This document shows, piece by piece, positions 32,420 to 41,468 of a stretch of 64,000 nucleotides of DNA. The notes under the pieces are model-generated. The model was not told the DNA's origin. It made no database searches and was given only the letters and a program-made list of their open reading frames with translations. A program made the position numbers and the translations under genes. This DNA comes from Clostridia bacterium (GTDB taxonomy: Bacteria > Bacillota > Clostridia > TANB77 > CAG-508), in NCBI GenBank assembly GCA_022797145.1, contig JAAWKA010000007.1, forward strand, positions 1,589 to 65,588, in the 5' to 3' direction. The stretch's first letter is position 1, and each line of letters starts with the position of its first letter.

Positions 32420-34384
32420 ATGATAAAAAAACTAGAGATAAACAATAGAAGATTTTTAGGTAGTAAATATAAGTTACTAAATTTTATTGAAGATACTGTG
32501 AATGAGCATTGCGAAGATGTTAAATCTGTGATAGATGTATTTGCTGGAACAGGTGTAGTAGGCAGTTTGTTTTTAAAAAACGGAAAAGAAGTATATTTTA
32601 ATGATTATTTAAAATCAAATTGTTATAGTTATAAAGCATTTTATGAGCCTACGAAGGTTGATATAAAAAAGCTTGAAAAAATAATTAATAATTATAATGA
32701 TATGGAAATAGATGAAGAAAACTATTTTTCAGAAAATTTTAGTGATACATATTTTAGCCATAAGGATTGCAAAAAGATTGGTTTTATTAGAGATGATATT
32801 GAAAGTAAATTTAGCTATCAAAAAATTAATGAGCGAGAAAAAAGTATATTGATAGCAAGTCTTATATATTCAATGGACAAAGTGGCGAATACTGTTGGGC
32901 ATTATGATGCTTATAGGAAAATAAGTAATATAGAAGATAAGTTCTTTATGTATATGCTTGATGTTGCTGAAAAAGGCGAAAAAAGATCACATATTAGCAA
33001 CTTAGATGCAAATGAATTTATTAAAAGTGTAAAGGCTGATTTAGTATATATTGATCCACCCTATAACTCAAGACAATATTGTGATGCTTATCACTTACTA
33101 GAAAATATTGCTAGTTGGGACAAGCCAAAGGTATATGGGGTTGCAAAGAAAATGGATAGAACAAATTTGAAAAGTAAATATTGCACAAATAAAGCAATAG
33201 AAGCTTTTGAAGACTTAATAAAAAATTGTAACTGTAAATATATTTTGGTTTCTTATAATAATACAGGAGATAAGTCAAACAGTAGAAGTAATGCTAAAAT
33301 ATCTGATTTACAAATTAAGCAGATACTAGAAAAGAGAGGAAAAGTTCAAGTATTTGAAAAATCTTTTAATAATTTTACAACAGGAAGGAGTGTATCAATT
33401 AATCACAAGGAGAGATTATTTTTATGCGAAACAACAAAGGTTTGTGAAGACAGTCAAGTAAAATTAAAAGATAGCCATTATTTTGCAAAATCTCCTTTAA
33501 ATTATACAGGAGGAAAATACAAACTATTATCTCAATTTGCAAATTTATTTCCTAAAAAGATAGATACATTTGTTGATTTTTTTTGTGGTGGTGGCAATGT
33601 TGCAGTTAATAGTAACGCAAAAAAAATAATTGCAATAGATAAAGAAACTAATTTAATTAAAATATTAGAACTCTTTAAAAATTACGATTATATGGACATT
33701 GTTAATAAGATTGAGGCAATTATTGAAAAATATAATTTAAGTAATACCTACAAGAATGGATATGCATTTTATGGAGAAGATAGTTCATCAGGGCTTGGAA
33801 AATATAATAAACAATACTATTTAAATTTAAGAAATGATTATAACCATATGAAAGATTCAACTGAAAGAGATTTTATGTTTTTGACATTGGTAATTTATGC
33901 GTTTAATCATCAAATTAGATTTAATAGTAATGGTGAATATAATATGCCAGTTGGAAAGAGAGATTTTAACAGTTCAATCAGGAAAAATTTATTGGAATTT
34001 TGTAGAAAATTAGTTGTTAAAAATATTTCTTTTGTTAATACAGATTATAAAAAGTTTGAACTAAAATCTTTAAATAACAATGATTTTTGCTATTTTGACC
34101 CACCATATTATTTAGGGGATGCAAGTTATAATGAAAATGATGGTTGGAATGAGAATAAGGAGAAAGAATTATTAGAATATTTGAATGAAGTAAATAAAAA
34201 TGGTATAAAATTTGCACTTTCAAATGTTACAGAGCATAAGGGATTAAAAAATGAAATATTGATTAATTGGGCGATAGAAAATCAATATAACATACATAAT
34301 CTAAACTATAATTACAGCAATTCAAACTACCATTTGAAAGACAAAAGTCAAGTTACAAAAGAAGTATTGATAACGAATTATTAG
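32420..34384 (+). CDS. Two-domain (tandem) N6-adenine DNA methyltransferase
   Basis: Two complete D12/Dam-class modules. Module 1: FLGSKYKLL, DVFAGTGVVG, VYIDPPYNSRQY (M.FokI-half-like). Module 2: NYTGGKYKLL, DFFCGGGNVA, CYFDPPYYLGD (Dam-like). Confidence 0.9.
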   Translation: MIKKLEINNRRFLGSKYKLLNFIEDTVNEHCEDVKSVIDVFAGTGVVGSLFLKNGKEVYFNDYLKSNCYSYKAFYEPTKVDIKKLEKIINNYNDMEIDEENYFSENFSDTYFSHKDCKKIGFIRDDIESKFSYQKINEREKSILIASLIYSMDKVANTVGHYDAYRKISNIEDKFFMYMLDVAEKGEKRSHISNLDANEFIKSVKADLVYIDPPYNSRQYCDAYHLLENIASWDKPKVYGVAKKMDRTNLKSKYCTNKAIEAFEDLIKNCNCKYILVSYNNTGDKSNSRSNAKISDLQIKQILEKRGKVQVFEKSFNNFTTGRSVSINHKERLFLCETTKVCEDSQVKLKDSHYFAKSPLNYTGGKYKLLSQFANLFPKKIDTFVDFFCGGGNVAVNSNAKKIIAIDKETNLIKILELFKNYDYMDIVNKIEAIIEKYNLSNTYKNGYAFYGEDSSSGLGKYNKQYYLNLRNDYNHMKDSTERDFMFLTLVIYAFNHQIRFNSNGEYNMPVGKRDFNSSIRKNLLEFCRKLVVKNISFVNTDYKKFELKSLNNNDFCYFDPPYYLGDASYNENDGWNENKEKELLEYLNEVNKNGIKFALSNVTEHKGLKNEILINWAIENQYNIHNLNYNYSNSNYHLKDKSQVTKEVLITNY

Positions 34385-34394
34385 AGGTGAAAAC

Positions 34395-35048
34395 ATGGAA
34401 AAAATAATAGATTTAGATGATATAGAAACATATCCTAAACAAGTGTTAGAATATTTAAAAGATAATAAATTAACGGAATTTCCAAAACTTTCTACTTATT
34501 TCTTGGAATATATTAATACGTTGTATTGTAATTTTTATCATTATACTAGAATACCAGATAAACAATTTGTATTAAAAAATGGATTATTGCGACCAGCTAC
34601 AAGTGATTTATTAAAAGATTATTATATAAATATATTAGAAAACTTATATTATAAAGAGGAAAATATTAATTTTAGAAATCTTATATATAACTATAAATAT
34701 GAAACTAGCGGAAATTCAGTTCATGTTACTGCTCCTTTAATAAAAAGTAGAGAATTTAAATCAAAAGGTGTTTTTGATTTTATAAATTATTGGGGTGGTG
34801 AATTAATAAAAGATATAATAGAACCTATTATAGGGATTGAAAAATGGAAAAAAACTCACATTATAGGAGTGCCTTGTATAGTTAATATCAAAGTTAGTTT
34901 ACAAGAAATGTCAGAAACAGAGTTACAAAGAATAATATATATAATGCAGTGTAGATATAAAGAAAAGAGAAAAATTGGAATGGATTATACTTTTTATAGA
35001 GATATTGCACCAAATGAAATTATTGAAATATTTGATATAAAATACTAA
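34395..35048 (+). CDS. Hypothetical protein (217 aa), third gene of the R-M cargo operon
   Basis: ATG 10 nt after the methyltransferase stop; SD AGAGGTGA overlaps that stop. No family recognised. Motif FYHYTRIPDKQFVLKNGLL noted. Confidence 0.6.
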   Translation: MEKIIDLDDIETYPKQVLEYLKDNKLTEFPKLSTYFLEYINTLYCNFYHYTRIPDKQFVLKNGLLRPATSDLLKDYYINILENLYYKEENINFRNLIYNYKYETSGNSVHVTAPLIKSREFKSKGVFDFINYWGGELIKDIIEPIIGIEKWKKTHIIGVPCIVNIKVSLQEMSETELQRIIYIMQCRYKEKRKIGMDYTFYRDIAPNEIIEIFDIKY

Positions 35049-35168
35049 AAATTACTTGAAAGTTTATAAATTTTATGTTAAAGTAAAGACAATAAATTGA
35101 TTGATATTTGTAGCAATCGTTAAGGGTGTGAAAAAAGTTGTAGATATCTACGTTGTTCGCACCATTAG

Positions 35169-35205
35169 AACCTCAAGTGTTTCGGAAGATTGTACTTGAG
35201 GTTTT
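35169..35205 (+). terminator. Intrinsic terminator after the cargo operon
   Basis: CCTCAAGT...ACTTGAGG stem followed by TTTT. Confidence 0.5.
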
Positions 35206-35320
35206 AATTATAAAAAATTTTGTAGTTCTACAAAATTCACAATATTTTATTTTTATAAAATCTTTATTTAGTGGCTTAAATAAGGATTTTTTATTTTCTA
35301 ACATTTCTAACAATTTTTAT

Positions 35321-36553
35321 TTATAACTCCATTTCTTCATCTTCTTCGTCATCATCTTGACTAGGGTCAGTAAAGTTTAAACTATTACCAATTACTAAAG
35401 CAGAATTTTGTTTTGATTCTGTATCTACATGAGTATATATATTTGCTGTAGTATTATAACTAGAATGACCTAACCATATTTGAATATCTTTCATACTTAC
35501 TTTATTAGATAGTAATAAACTAGCACACGAGTGTCTTAAATCATGAAATCTAATGGACTTTAGGTTATTATTTTTTAGTATTTGATTAAACTTATGTGAA
35601 ACATAGTCAGGTTTTAGTATAGAGCCATCTGTATTTACACAAACATAACCATTTTCGTTTAAGTATGATTTTTTAAATACTTTCTTATTGTATTCTTGAT
35701 TTGCTTTTTCTTCTAAAAGTATTTCCTCAATTTCTGGAATTAAAGGCAATGTCCTATAACTTGATTGATTTTTAGTTTTATCTTCTGCAACAATTTGTAG
35801 CTTACCATCTACTTTTGTTTGTGAAATGGTATGTCTAATTATAACTGTTTTATTATCAAAATCAACTGCGTCCCATTTAATACCTAATGCTTCACTTCGC
35901 CTAAGTCCATAATATAAGGCTAAAAGAACAGGTAACTTAATAGGTGTGTCTTTTATTGCAACTAATAATTCATTCAATTGTGCTTTATTATAATAGGTTG
36001 CTATATATTGTTCCTTTTTAGGCTTGTCTATCTTGTCTGCTAGATTGGTTAGTATCAATTCACATTTTACTGCATATTGCAGGGCTTTTCTAATATTTGC
36101 ATGATAGCGAAGAATCGTATTGCCTTTTAAACCTAAATTATATAATTCTGTATAAAAATCTTGAATATGATAGGGTTTTAAATCTTTTAATGAAATATCT
36201 AATTTCTTAAAATAATTATATACTTTACCTTTTACAATTCTTTCATAACCTGCATAAGTAGTTTTTACAACTCTAGGTTTTATAATATCTAGCCAATTTA
36301 TCATAAAATCACAAAATTTTATATTAGCTTTATTATTTATATCTAACCCAGAAATAGTTGTTTTTTCATTTAGAGCTTTTTCATATTCATGTCTTATTTC
36401 TTCAACTTTTCTTTCTGCAAGTTTCTTATTGTTCTTAACTTTTAATTTAGTGGAAATCCACTTTCGCTGTATATTATTAAATTCATCTTTATAATATAAA
36501 ACAGCATAATAAATATTTTTCTTTTGCTGTAATGTAGCTGTTACTGTTATCAT
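35321..36553 (-). CDS. int: Tyrosine site-specific integrase (Tn916-Int-like architecture)
   Basis: RFHDLRHSCASLLL and LGHSSYNTTANIYTHV catalytic box motifs; N-terminal arm-binding-like region; acidic tail. Confidence 0.9.
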   Translation of the reverse strand: MITVTATLQQKKNIYYAVLYYKDEFNNIQRKWISTKLKVKNNKKLAERKVEEIRHEYEKALNEKTTISGLDINNKANIKFCDFMINWLDIIKPRVVKTTYAGYERIVKGKVYNYFKKLDISLKDLKPYHIQDFYTELYNLGLKGNTILRYHANIRKALQYAVKCELILTNLADKIDKPKKEQYIATYYNKAQLNELLVAIKDTPIKLPVLLALYYGLRRSEALGIKWDAVDFDNKTVIIRHTISQTKVDGKLQIVAEDKTKNQSSYRTLPLIPEIEEILLEEKANQEYNKKVFKKSYLNENGYVCVNTDGSILKPDYVSHKFNQILKNNNLKSIRFHDLRHSCASLLLSNKVSMKDIQIWLGHSSYNTTANIYTHVDTESKQNSALVIGNSLNFTDPSQDDDEEDEEMEL

Positions 36554-36591
36554 AAAATAACCTCCTTATTTTTGTGTGAATGTATTTATTT

Positions 36592-36798
36592 TCAATTTTG
36601 ACTTATTATGTATGAAATTATATTAGCTTTTGGAATTTTATATTGTCTGCCTATTTTCATAGCTTTTATTTTATTTTCCTTAATAAGCCTATAGGCTAGG
36701 GTTAAACTAATTCCACCTAACATATTTCGCATTTGTTCAATGTTTATAATATCTGGGTAATTTGTAAACATGATAGAATATTGTTCTTTTACATCCAT
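36592..36798 (-). CDS. xis: Excisionase-family DNA-binding protein
   Basis: 68 aa; IEQMRNMLGGISLTLAYRLIKENKIKAMKIGRQYKIPK matches the excisionase/MerR-like HTH_17 pattern; directly upstream of int. Confidence 0.75.
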   Translation of the reverse strand: MDVKEQYSIMFTNYPDIINIEQMRNMLGGISLTLAYRLIKENKIKAMKIGRQYKIPKANIISYIISQN

Positions 36799-36819
36799 TT
36801 TAATTGTACCTCCTTTTTG

Positions 36820-37035
36820 TTAATAAACTACTTTTGGAACATCTATTGAAACCGTTAATTTTCTGTCTATTTCAAATCTTTTCTTTTTAGCATTATACTT
36901 GTAAGCACTAGAATTAAATTTTCTAAAACTACGATCTGAAATGTCAAAATAATAAGATAGTTCTTCAGCATCTTGTTTCAGTTGGGCTTTAAGAGCTTCA
37001 TAACTATCTCTATTAGTTTTTTGTTTTAATTTCAT
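36820..37035 (-). CDS. Hypothetical protein (71 aa)
   Basis: 4-nt overlap with the upstream HTH gene suggests translational coupling; no family recognised. Confidence 0.45.
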   Translation of the reverse strand: MKLKQKTNRDSYEALKAQLKQDAEELSYYFDISDRSFRKFNSSAYKYNAKKKRFEIDRKLTVSIDVPKVVY

Positions 37036-37226
37036 GTATTCAATCTTTGTTCTTTATGCTTTTGTTTGTTTTGTTGTTTCCTTTGATTTTTTTCTTCATG
37101 ATACCTAAAATCTTTTTTTATTACTTTTGATACATAGGCATTGCTGACATTTAGTTCTAAAGCAATATCAACCGGTTTTAAATGTTCATTGTAAAATAAA
37201 TCAATGATTTTTTCTTTATTTGACAC
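37032..37226 (-). CDS. Small HTH DNA-binding protein (64 aa)
   Basis: GTG start. KPVDIALELNVSNAYVSKVIKK is HTH-like. First gene of the regulator-orf71-xis-int string. Confidence 0.55.
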   Translation of the reverse strand: MSNKEKIIDLFYNEHLKPVDIALELNVSNAYVSKVIKKDFRYHEEKNQRKQQNKQKHKEQRLNT

Positions 37227-37593
37227 TATAAAAGCACCTCCCTGTAACTGGTTAAATTTTTGCTAATAAATTTTAAGCATAGTAATCCAAATGAATACTT
37301 ATAACTAAATACTCATTTTTAAATTTATTTGTTAAAGGAATTATATTATCATAATTAGTAATAATCAATTCCCTTTTTTCTAAAAACTTAAAAATACTTA
37401 AAATAAATTATGAATAGATTCTAACAAGTGATGTTAAAAATTTCAATGAACAAATTTTGAAAGGATTTTGAAAAAATGAGTACAAGAAAATTGTAAAAGG
37501 TTACAAATTTCATTGTTTTTTATAGAATAATTAGATATAATAACAACTTCCTTTTCTTAAAGGAAATCTTTGAGAGAGGAGGTGCTATTTCGG

Positions 37594-37680
37594 ATGACCT
37601 CATTTGAATTAATCTGGCGTCTAATTGTGTTACTATTAAGTACATACGAAGACAAAAAGCCAGAAGACAAACAAGACTAG
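37594..37680 (+). CDS. Candidate type I toxin peptide, 28 aa (MTSFELIWRLIVLLLSTYEDKKPEDKQD)
   Basis: SD GGAGG 37578-37582. Promoter TTGTTT 37513-37518 / TATAAT 37536-37541. 5' UTR hairpin 37548-37565. Terminator 37691-37723. Hydrophobic core with a charged tail. Confidence 0.45.
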   Translation: MTSFELIWRLIVLLLSTYEDKKPEDKQD

Positions 37681-37727
37681 AAATAGTTGATAGAAGTGTA
37701 TTGCTACTGCACTTCTATTTTTTAGAC

Positions 37728-37802
37728 AAAAAAATAGAACTAAATGTTGCTACCCATTTAGTTCGTGCTATTCAAATGACCTCACATTGAATAACTTAAG
37801 TT
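37728..37802 (-). ncRNA. Candidate antisense (antitoxin) sRNA, ~75 nt, convergent to the peptide gene
   Basis: Promoter TTGACA (37837-37832), 17 nt, TATACT (37814-37809). Terminator hairpin 37764-37737 plus U-run. The 5' region is complementary to the peptide mRNA through the direct repeat 37582-37610 / 37765-37793. Confidence 0.4.
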
Positions 37803-37871
37803 AAATATAGTATACTACTTTTTTTATTATATGTCAAATGAAATTTTTGTATTCCTATAAACGGCAAAATA

Positions 37872-38045
37872 TCAATCTTCTTCTACATCTTTAAATAATT
37901 TATCTGTAAAAAATTCATTTAGTTCAATTCCAAGTAATTGTAATTTTTCTGCTAAATCTTGTTGAGATAAATTGGCTTTTAATCTTAATTCTTTTAAAAC
38001 AGAGCCAGATATATTTCTAAACTCATTGTATTTGTTAATTTTCAT
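37872..38045 (-). CDS. Mini XRE-type HTH protein (57 aa)
   Basis: Below the ORF-track cutoff. SD AAGGTGAG. LKELRLKANLSQQDLAEKLQLLGIEL is an HTH_3 pattern. Divergent from the 38220 gene. Confidence 0.45.
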   Translation of the reverse strand: MKINKYNEFRNISGSVLKELRLKANLSQQDLAEKLQLLGIELNEFFTDKLFKDVEED

Positions 38046-38219
38046 ATTCTCACCTTATTCGCTTTATTATAGATATTATTGTACTATTATTTTTTTATAT
38101 GCATATCTCTAATAAAGCAACAAAAGACCCCAAAATTGATTTATGCAAATAATTGTGTTATAATTAAATTACATTCAATGTTGAAGAATGAACAAATTTC
38201 TTTATAGGAAGAAAACAAT

Positions 38220-38681
38220 ATGGCAATTTCAGCAAGAGAGATAGTTTATTCAGTAAAGGGTATGTCCGACAGACCAGAGTTCTACTCAGGTCGGGGGGCT
38301 ACAATGAGCGATTTAGATGGTGATAGACTCTATGCTATTTACCAGAAAATCGCACAAGAACTTGGTACGAGGCAAGCTGATGCATTCGTTACCATGGTTG
38401 AAAAGCTCGAAACATTGTCAGCAACTAATTTTCTCAATGCACTCTATACTTTGGAACGCAATGACTGGAATTTAACAGAGGTTAATGAAAGTAAGATTGA
38501 TGTAGGTCCTGATGGAGCAGGGAGAAGGATGATTGCTTTTGCGACTGTCGCTGAAAGTTTATTTAACTGTGGCAGAGATGATACTGAATATATCAGATCA
38601 TCATTTCTTAGAAAAATAGGCTTTGAGAGAGGTCCGAGAGAACGAGAGAGAAAATATTGCTATGACGATGATGAGCGGTAG
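38220..38681 (+). CDS. Hypothetical protein (153 aa) in a patch of visibly higher GC
   Basis: Promoter TTGATT-17-TATAAT at 38136-38164; terminator GAGGGAAAC/GTTTCCCTC at 38691-38716. Codon usage is clearly less AT-biased than neighbouring genes. No family recognised. Confidence 0.6.
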   Translation: MAISAREIVYSVKGMSDRPEFYSGRGATMSDLDGDRLYAIYQKIAQELGTRQADAFVTMVEKLETLSATNFLNALYTLERNDWNLTEVNESKIDVGPDGAGRRMIAFATVAESLFNCGRDDTEYIRSSFLRKIGFERGPRERERKYCYDDDER

Positions 38682-38844
38682 GCACACACAGAGGGAAACT
38701 TTAAACGGTTTCCCTCGTTTGCTATAACTCATATTCTTCTTGCTGTTCTTCATATGCAATTTGTTTATCTGGATTCATAAAAGTATTAGTTTCTTGTTGA
38801 AAATCTCTTATAAGAGCATCTTCTTCACTAACTGCAAATCTTTT

Positions 38845-39888
38845 TCAAACCCAACTTATAAATTTTTTAATAGTTTTTTCAAATGTATTTATAATTTTAT
38901 TCAAATAGATATTTTCACTTAATAATTCATTATATTTTTTATCAAAATTTCTTTTTAGTTCAAATTCTTTATTATAAAAATCCTTTTCTAGTTTAATACA
39001 TTTATTTTCAAGATTTACTTTCTCTTGTAAAATTGATTGTCTTTCATTTTCTAATTTTTCAGCTTTATCAATAGCATTTATTTGTTTTTCTAGTTCTTGA
39101 TGTAATTTCTTATTGTCAGAGTATAGCATATCAATAATTTTGTCTTTTGGCTCTATAATTTCTTTTTGTATTCTTTCATCTCTTTTTACAGTAAGCTTTC
39201 CAAAATCTTTAATGCTAGGAACATTAGGTAGTTCTATTTTTATGTCTTTTAGTGTTTGTTTAGATTTTTCATAATTAGTAATTTCTTTATAATCTTTTAC
39301 AGATAGATGTTCTCTTGAGGATGATTTTCCTCTTTCTAAATCAAAACCATTTTCAGTTATATAAGAATAAAAGGCATTTTGTAATTGAATATAACTATCT
39401 TTATCTTTCCAAAATTCACTACAAGCAATTTTATCAATAGCATTTCCCTTTTTATCGGCAGTATGAACAACAGGAATAAAAACTAAATGTAAATGAGGAG
39501 TTTCTTCGTCTAAATGTACTTTAGCAGACAAAATATACTGTTCGCCTAAGTTTTTATATTCACAAACAAATTTGTATGCAGTTTCAAAATACCTTTTTGT
39601 TTCTTTTTCTCCAATAGATTCAAAAAATTCCTTATCAGATGTAATTATATATTCACATACTATATTACTAACAGTTTTGACTTGTCCTTTTAAATTATAT
39701 TTTTCTCTTATCTTATCAAATTCTTTCTCATAACTATATGTAGGTTCTTTAATCGAATAATTAAGATGTGATTTTGATTTATCTATATTTTTATTAGAAT
39801 AATTTTTATTTCTTCTTTCATTATGACAATATATTCCCTTTAAATTTTCTCTTTTATATTTTTCATTTCTTATAATGGCATAACTCAT
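38845..39888 (-). CDS. MobV/Pre-family relaxase (copy 2); probably truncated by a premature TGA
   Basis: HNERRN and VHLDEETPHLHLVFIPV motifs. 40 further sense codons follow the TGA in frame, down to TAG 38722-38724. Confidence 0.85.
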   Translation of the reverse strand: MSYAIIRNEKYKRENLKGIYCHNERRNKNYSNKNIDKSKSHLNYSIKEPTYSYEKEFDKIREKYNLKGQVKTVSNIVCEYIITSDKEFFESIGEKETKRYFETAYKFVCEYKNLGEQYILSAKVHLDEETPHLHLVFIPVVHTADKKGNAIDKIACSEFWKDKDSYIQLQNAFYSYITENGFDLERGKSSSREHLSVKDYKEITNYEKSKQTLKDIKIELPNVPSIKDFGKLTVKRDERIQKEIIEPKDKIIDMLYSDNKKLHQELEKQINAIDKAEKLENERQSILQEKVNLENKCIKLEKDFYNKEFELKRNFDKKYNELLSENIYLNKIINTFEKTIKKFISWV

Positions 39889-39966
39889 ATATTAAGACCT
39901 CCTTGTTTAACTTTATAAGAAAACACGAAATGCGATTTTGTACTTTTGGCTGTTTTGTGATTAGTG

Positions 39967-41468
39967 TGAGGTGAACCAAAAATATTGGACAAAAAAATAT
40001 TTTAGTATGGAGGTTCACCAGTATGTTTAAATATTCATTTGATTTTAAATTTAAAGCAGTAAAATATGTAGTGTATGGGAAGCATTCTTATAGAGAAGCT
40101 TCAAGAAAATTTAATGTCCATCAAGAACAGATAAGAGTATGGACTAATAGATATAGGATTTATGGTAAAAATGGACTTATACCAAAGCCAATTCAAAAGT
40201 ATGATGGCAAATTCAAAGTAGATGTGGTAGAATATATGTATGCTAACCCTTTATCTTTTGAAAAGATGGCTATTCATTTTGGATTGCCATCTTCTACAAA
40301 TGTTGTATTATGGAAGCAAATGTATGATGAGAAAGGCACTCGGGTATTTGCTTAATAATAGGAATATTGCAATTGATAGAGTAAGAATAAATCGTGTGAA
40401 AAAGAAGAAAAATAAACAAAATACTAATTCAAATACATCAATAAAATCTACTTCTAAGTCTTCTATAAAATCTGATAAAAGTAATGAAGAACTTTTAAAA
40501 GAAATAGAAGATTTAAGAATGGAGAATGATTACTTAAAAAAATTACAAGCATTAGTTCAAAAAAGAACAAGCCAGCAAAAAAAGAAAAAGCATTAGCCGT
40601 TTATGAATTGAGGCAAAAATATAAAATAACGGCTCTATTAAGAAAAGCAGAATTATCTAAAAGCACTTATTATGATATTATTAGTAAACTTTCAAAGCCA
40701 GACAAATATGAAGAAGTTAAAGAAGTTATAAAGCAAATATATCATTCAAATAAAGGAAGATACGGCTATCGTAGAGTTACATACGAGCTTTTAAATAGAG
40801 GCTATAAATTAAATAGAAAACCCGTTTATAAATTAATGAAAGAGTTAGAGTTACAATCATTTGTGAGAGTGAGAAGATATCGTTCCTATAAAGGCAATTA
40901 TGGGAAAGTAGCACCTAATATATTAAAGAGAGATTTTAAAGCAGATAAGCCAAATTCAAAATAGGTTATAGATGTTACTCAATTTAATGTATTAGATACA
41001 AAAATATATTTATCTCCCCTCGTAGACTTGTTTAATGGAGAGGTTGTAAGTTATAATATATCTGAAAGCCCAAACTTTCATCAAATAGAAGATATGCTAG
41101 ACAAAGCATTTATAAGAATTTCAGATAATACAAAGTTGATTCTTCATTCAGATCAAGGTTGGCAATATCAAATGGAGAAATATCAAAATCGTTTAGCAAA
41201 AAAAGGGATTATACAAAGCATGTCTAGAAAAGGAAATTGCTTAGACAATGCTTGTGCAGAAAACTTTTTTGGGTTATTAAAAACAGAGTTTTTCTATGAT
41301 AGGAAATTTGAAAGTATTACTCAATTTAAAAGAGAACTTATTGATTATATAAATTATTATAATAATGAGCGTATAAAATTAATGCTAAAAGGAAAAAGTC
41401 CAATTCAATATAGAATGGATTTTGAACAAGTAGCATAAAAAACTGTCCAACTTTCGTGGGTCACTTCA
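39967..41468 (+). mobile_element. IS3-family (IS150-group-like) insertion sequence, degenerate
   Basis: ~25-bp imperfect terminal inverted repeats TGAGGTGAACCAAAAATATTGGACA (39967-39991) and TGTCCAACTTTCGTGGGTCACTTCA (41444-41468), about 19/25 matching. orfA/orfB organisation with an A-AAA-AAG slippery heptamer at 40578-40584. Confidence 0.85.
40023..41438 (+). pseudogene. IS3-family transposase OrfAB with a frameshift in orfA and TGG-to-TAG in orfB
   Basis: The orfA HTH part (40023-40355) and leucine-zipper part (40240-40596) are in different frames. The orfB rve/DDE domain (HSDQGWQY, SRKGNCLDNA) is split by TAG at 40962-40964, where family members have W (KPNSK-W-V.DVT). Confidence 0.8.

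Noticed and set aside
40240-40964. Track ORFs 40240-40596 and 40608-40964 as independent genes.
   Set aside because: They are the leucine-zipper end of IS3 orfA and the N-terminal part of orfB, joined by the A-AAA-AAG frameshift site.
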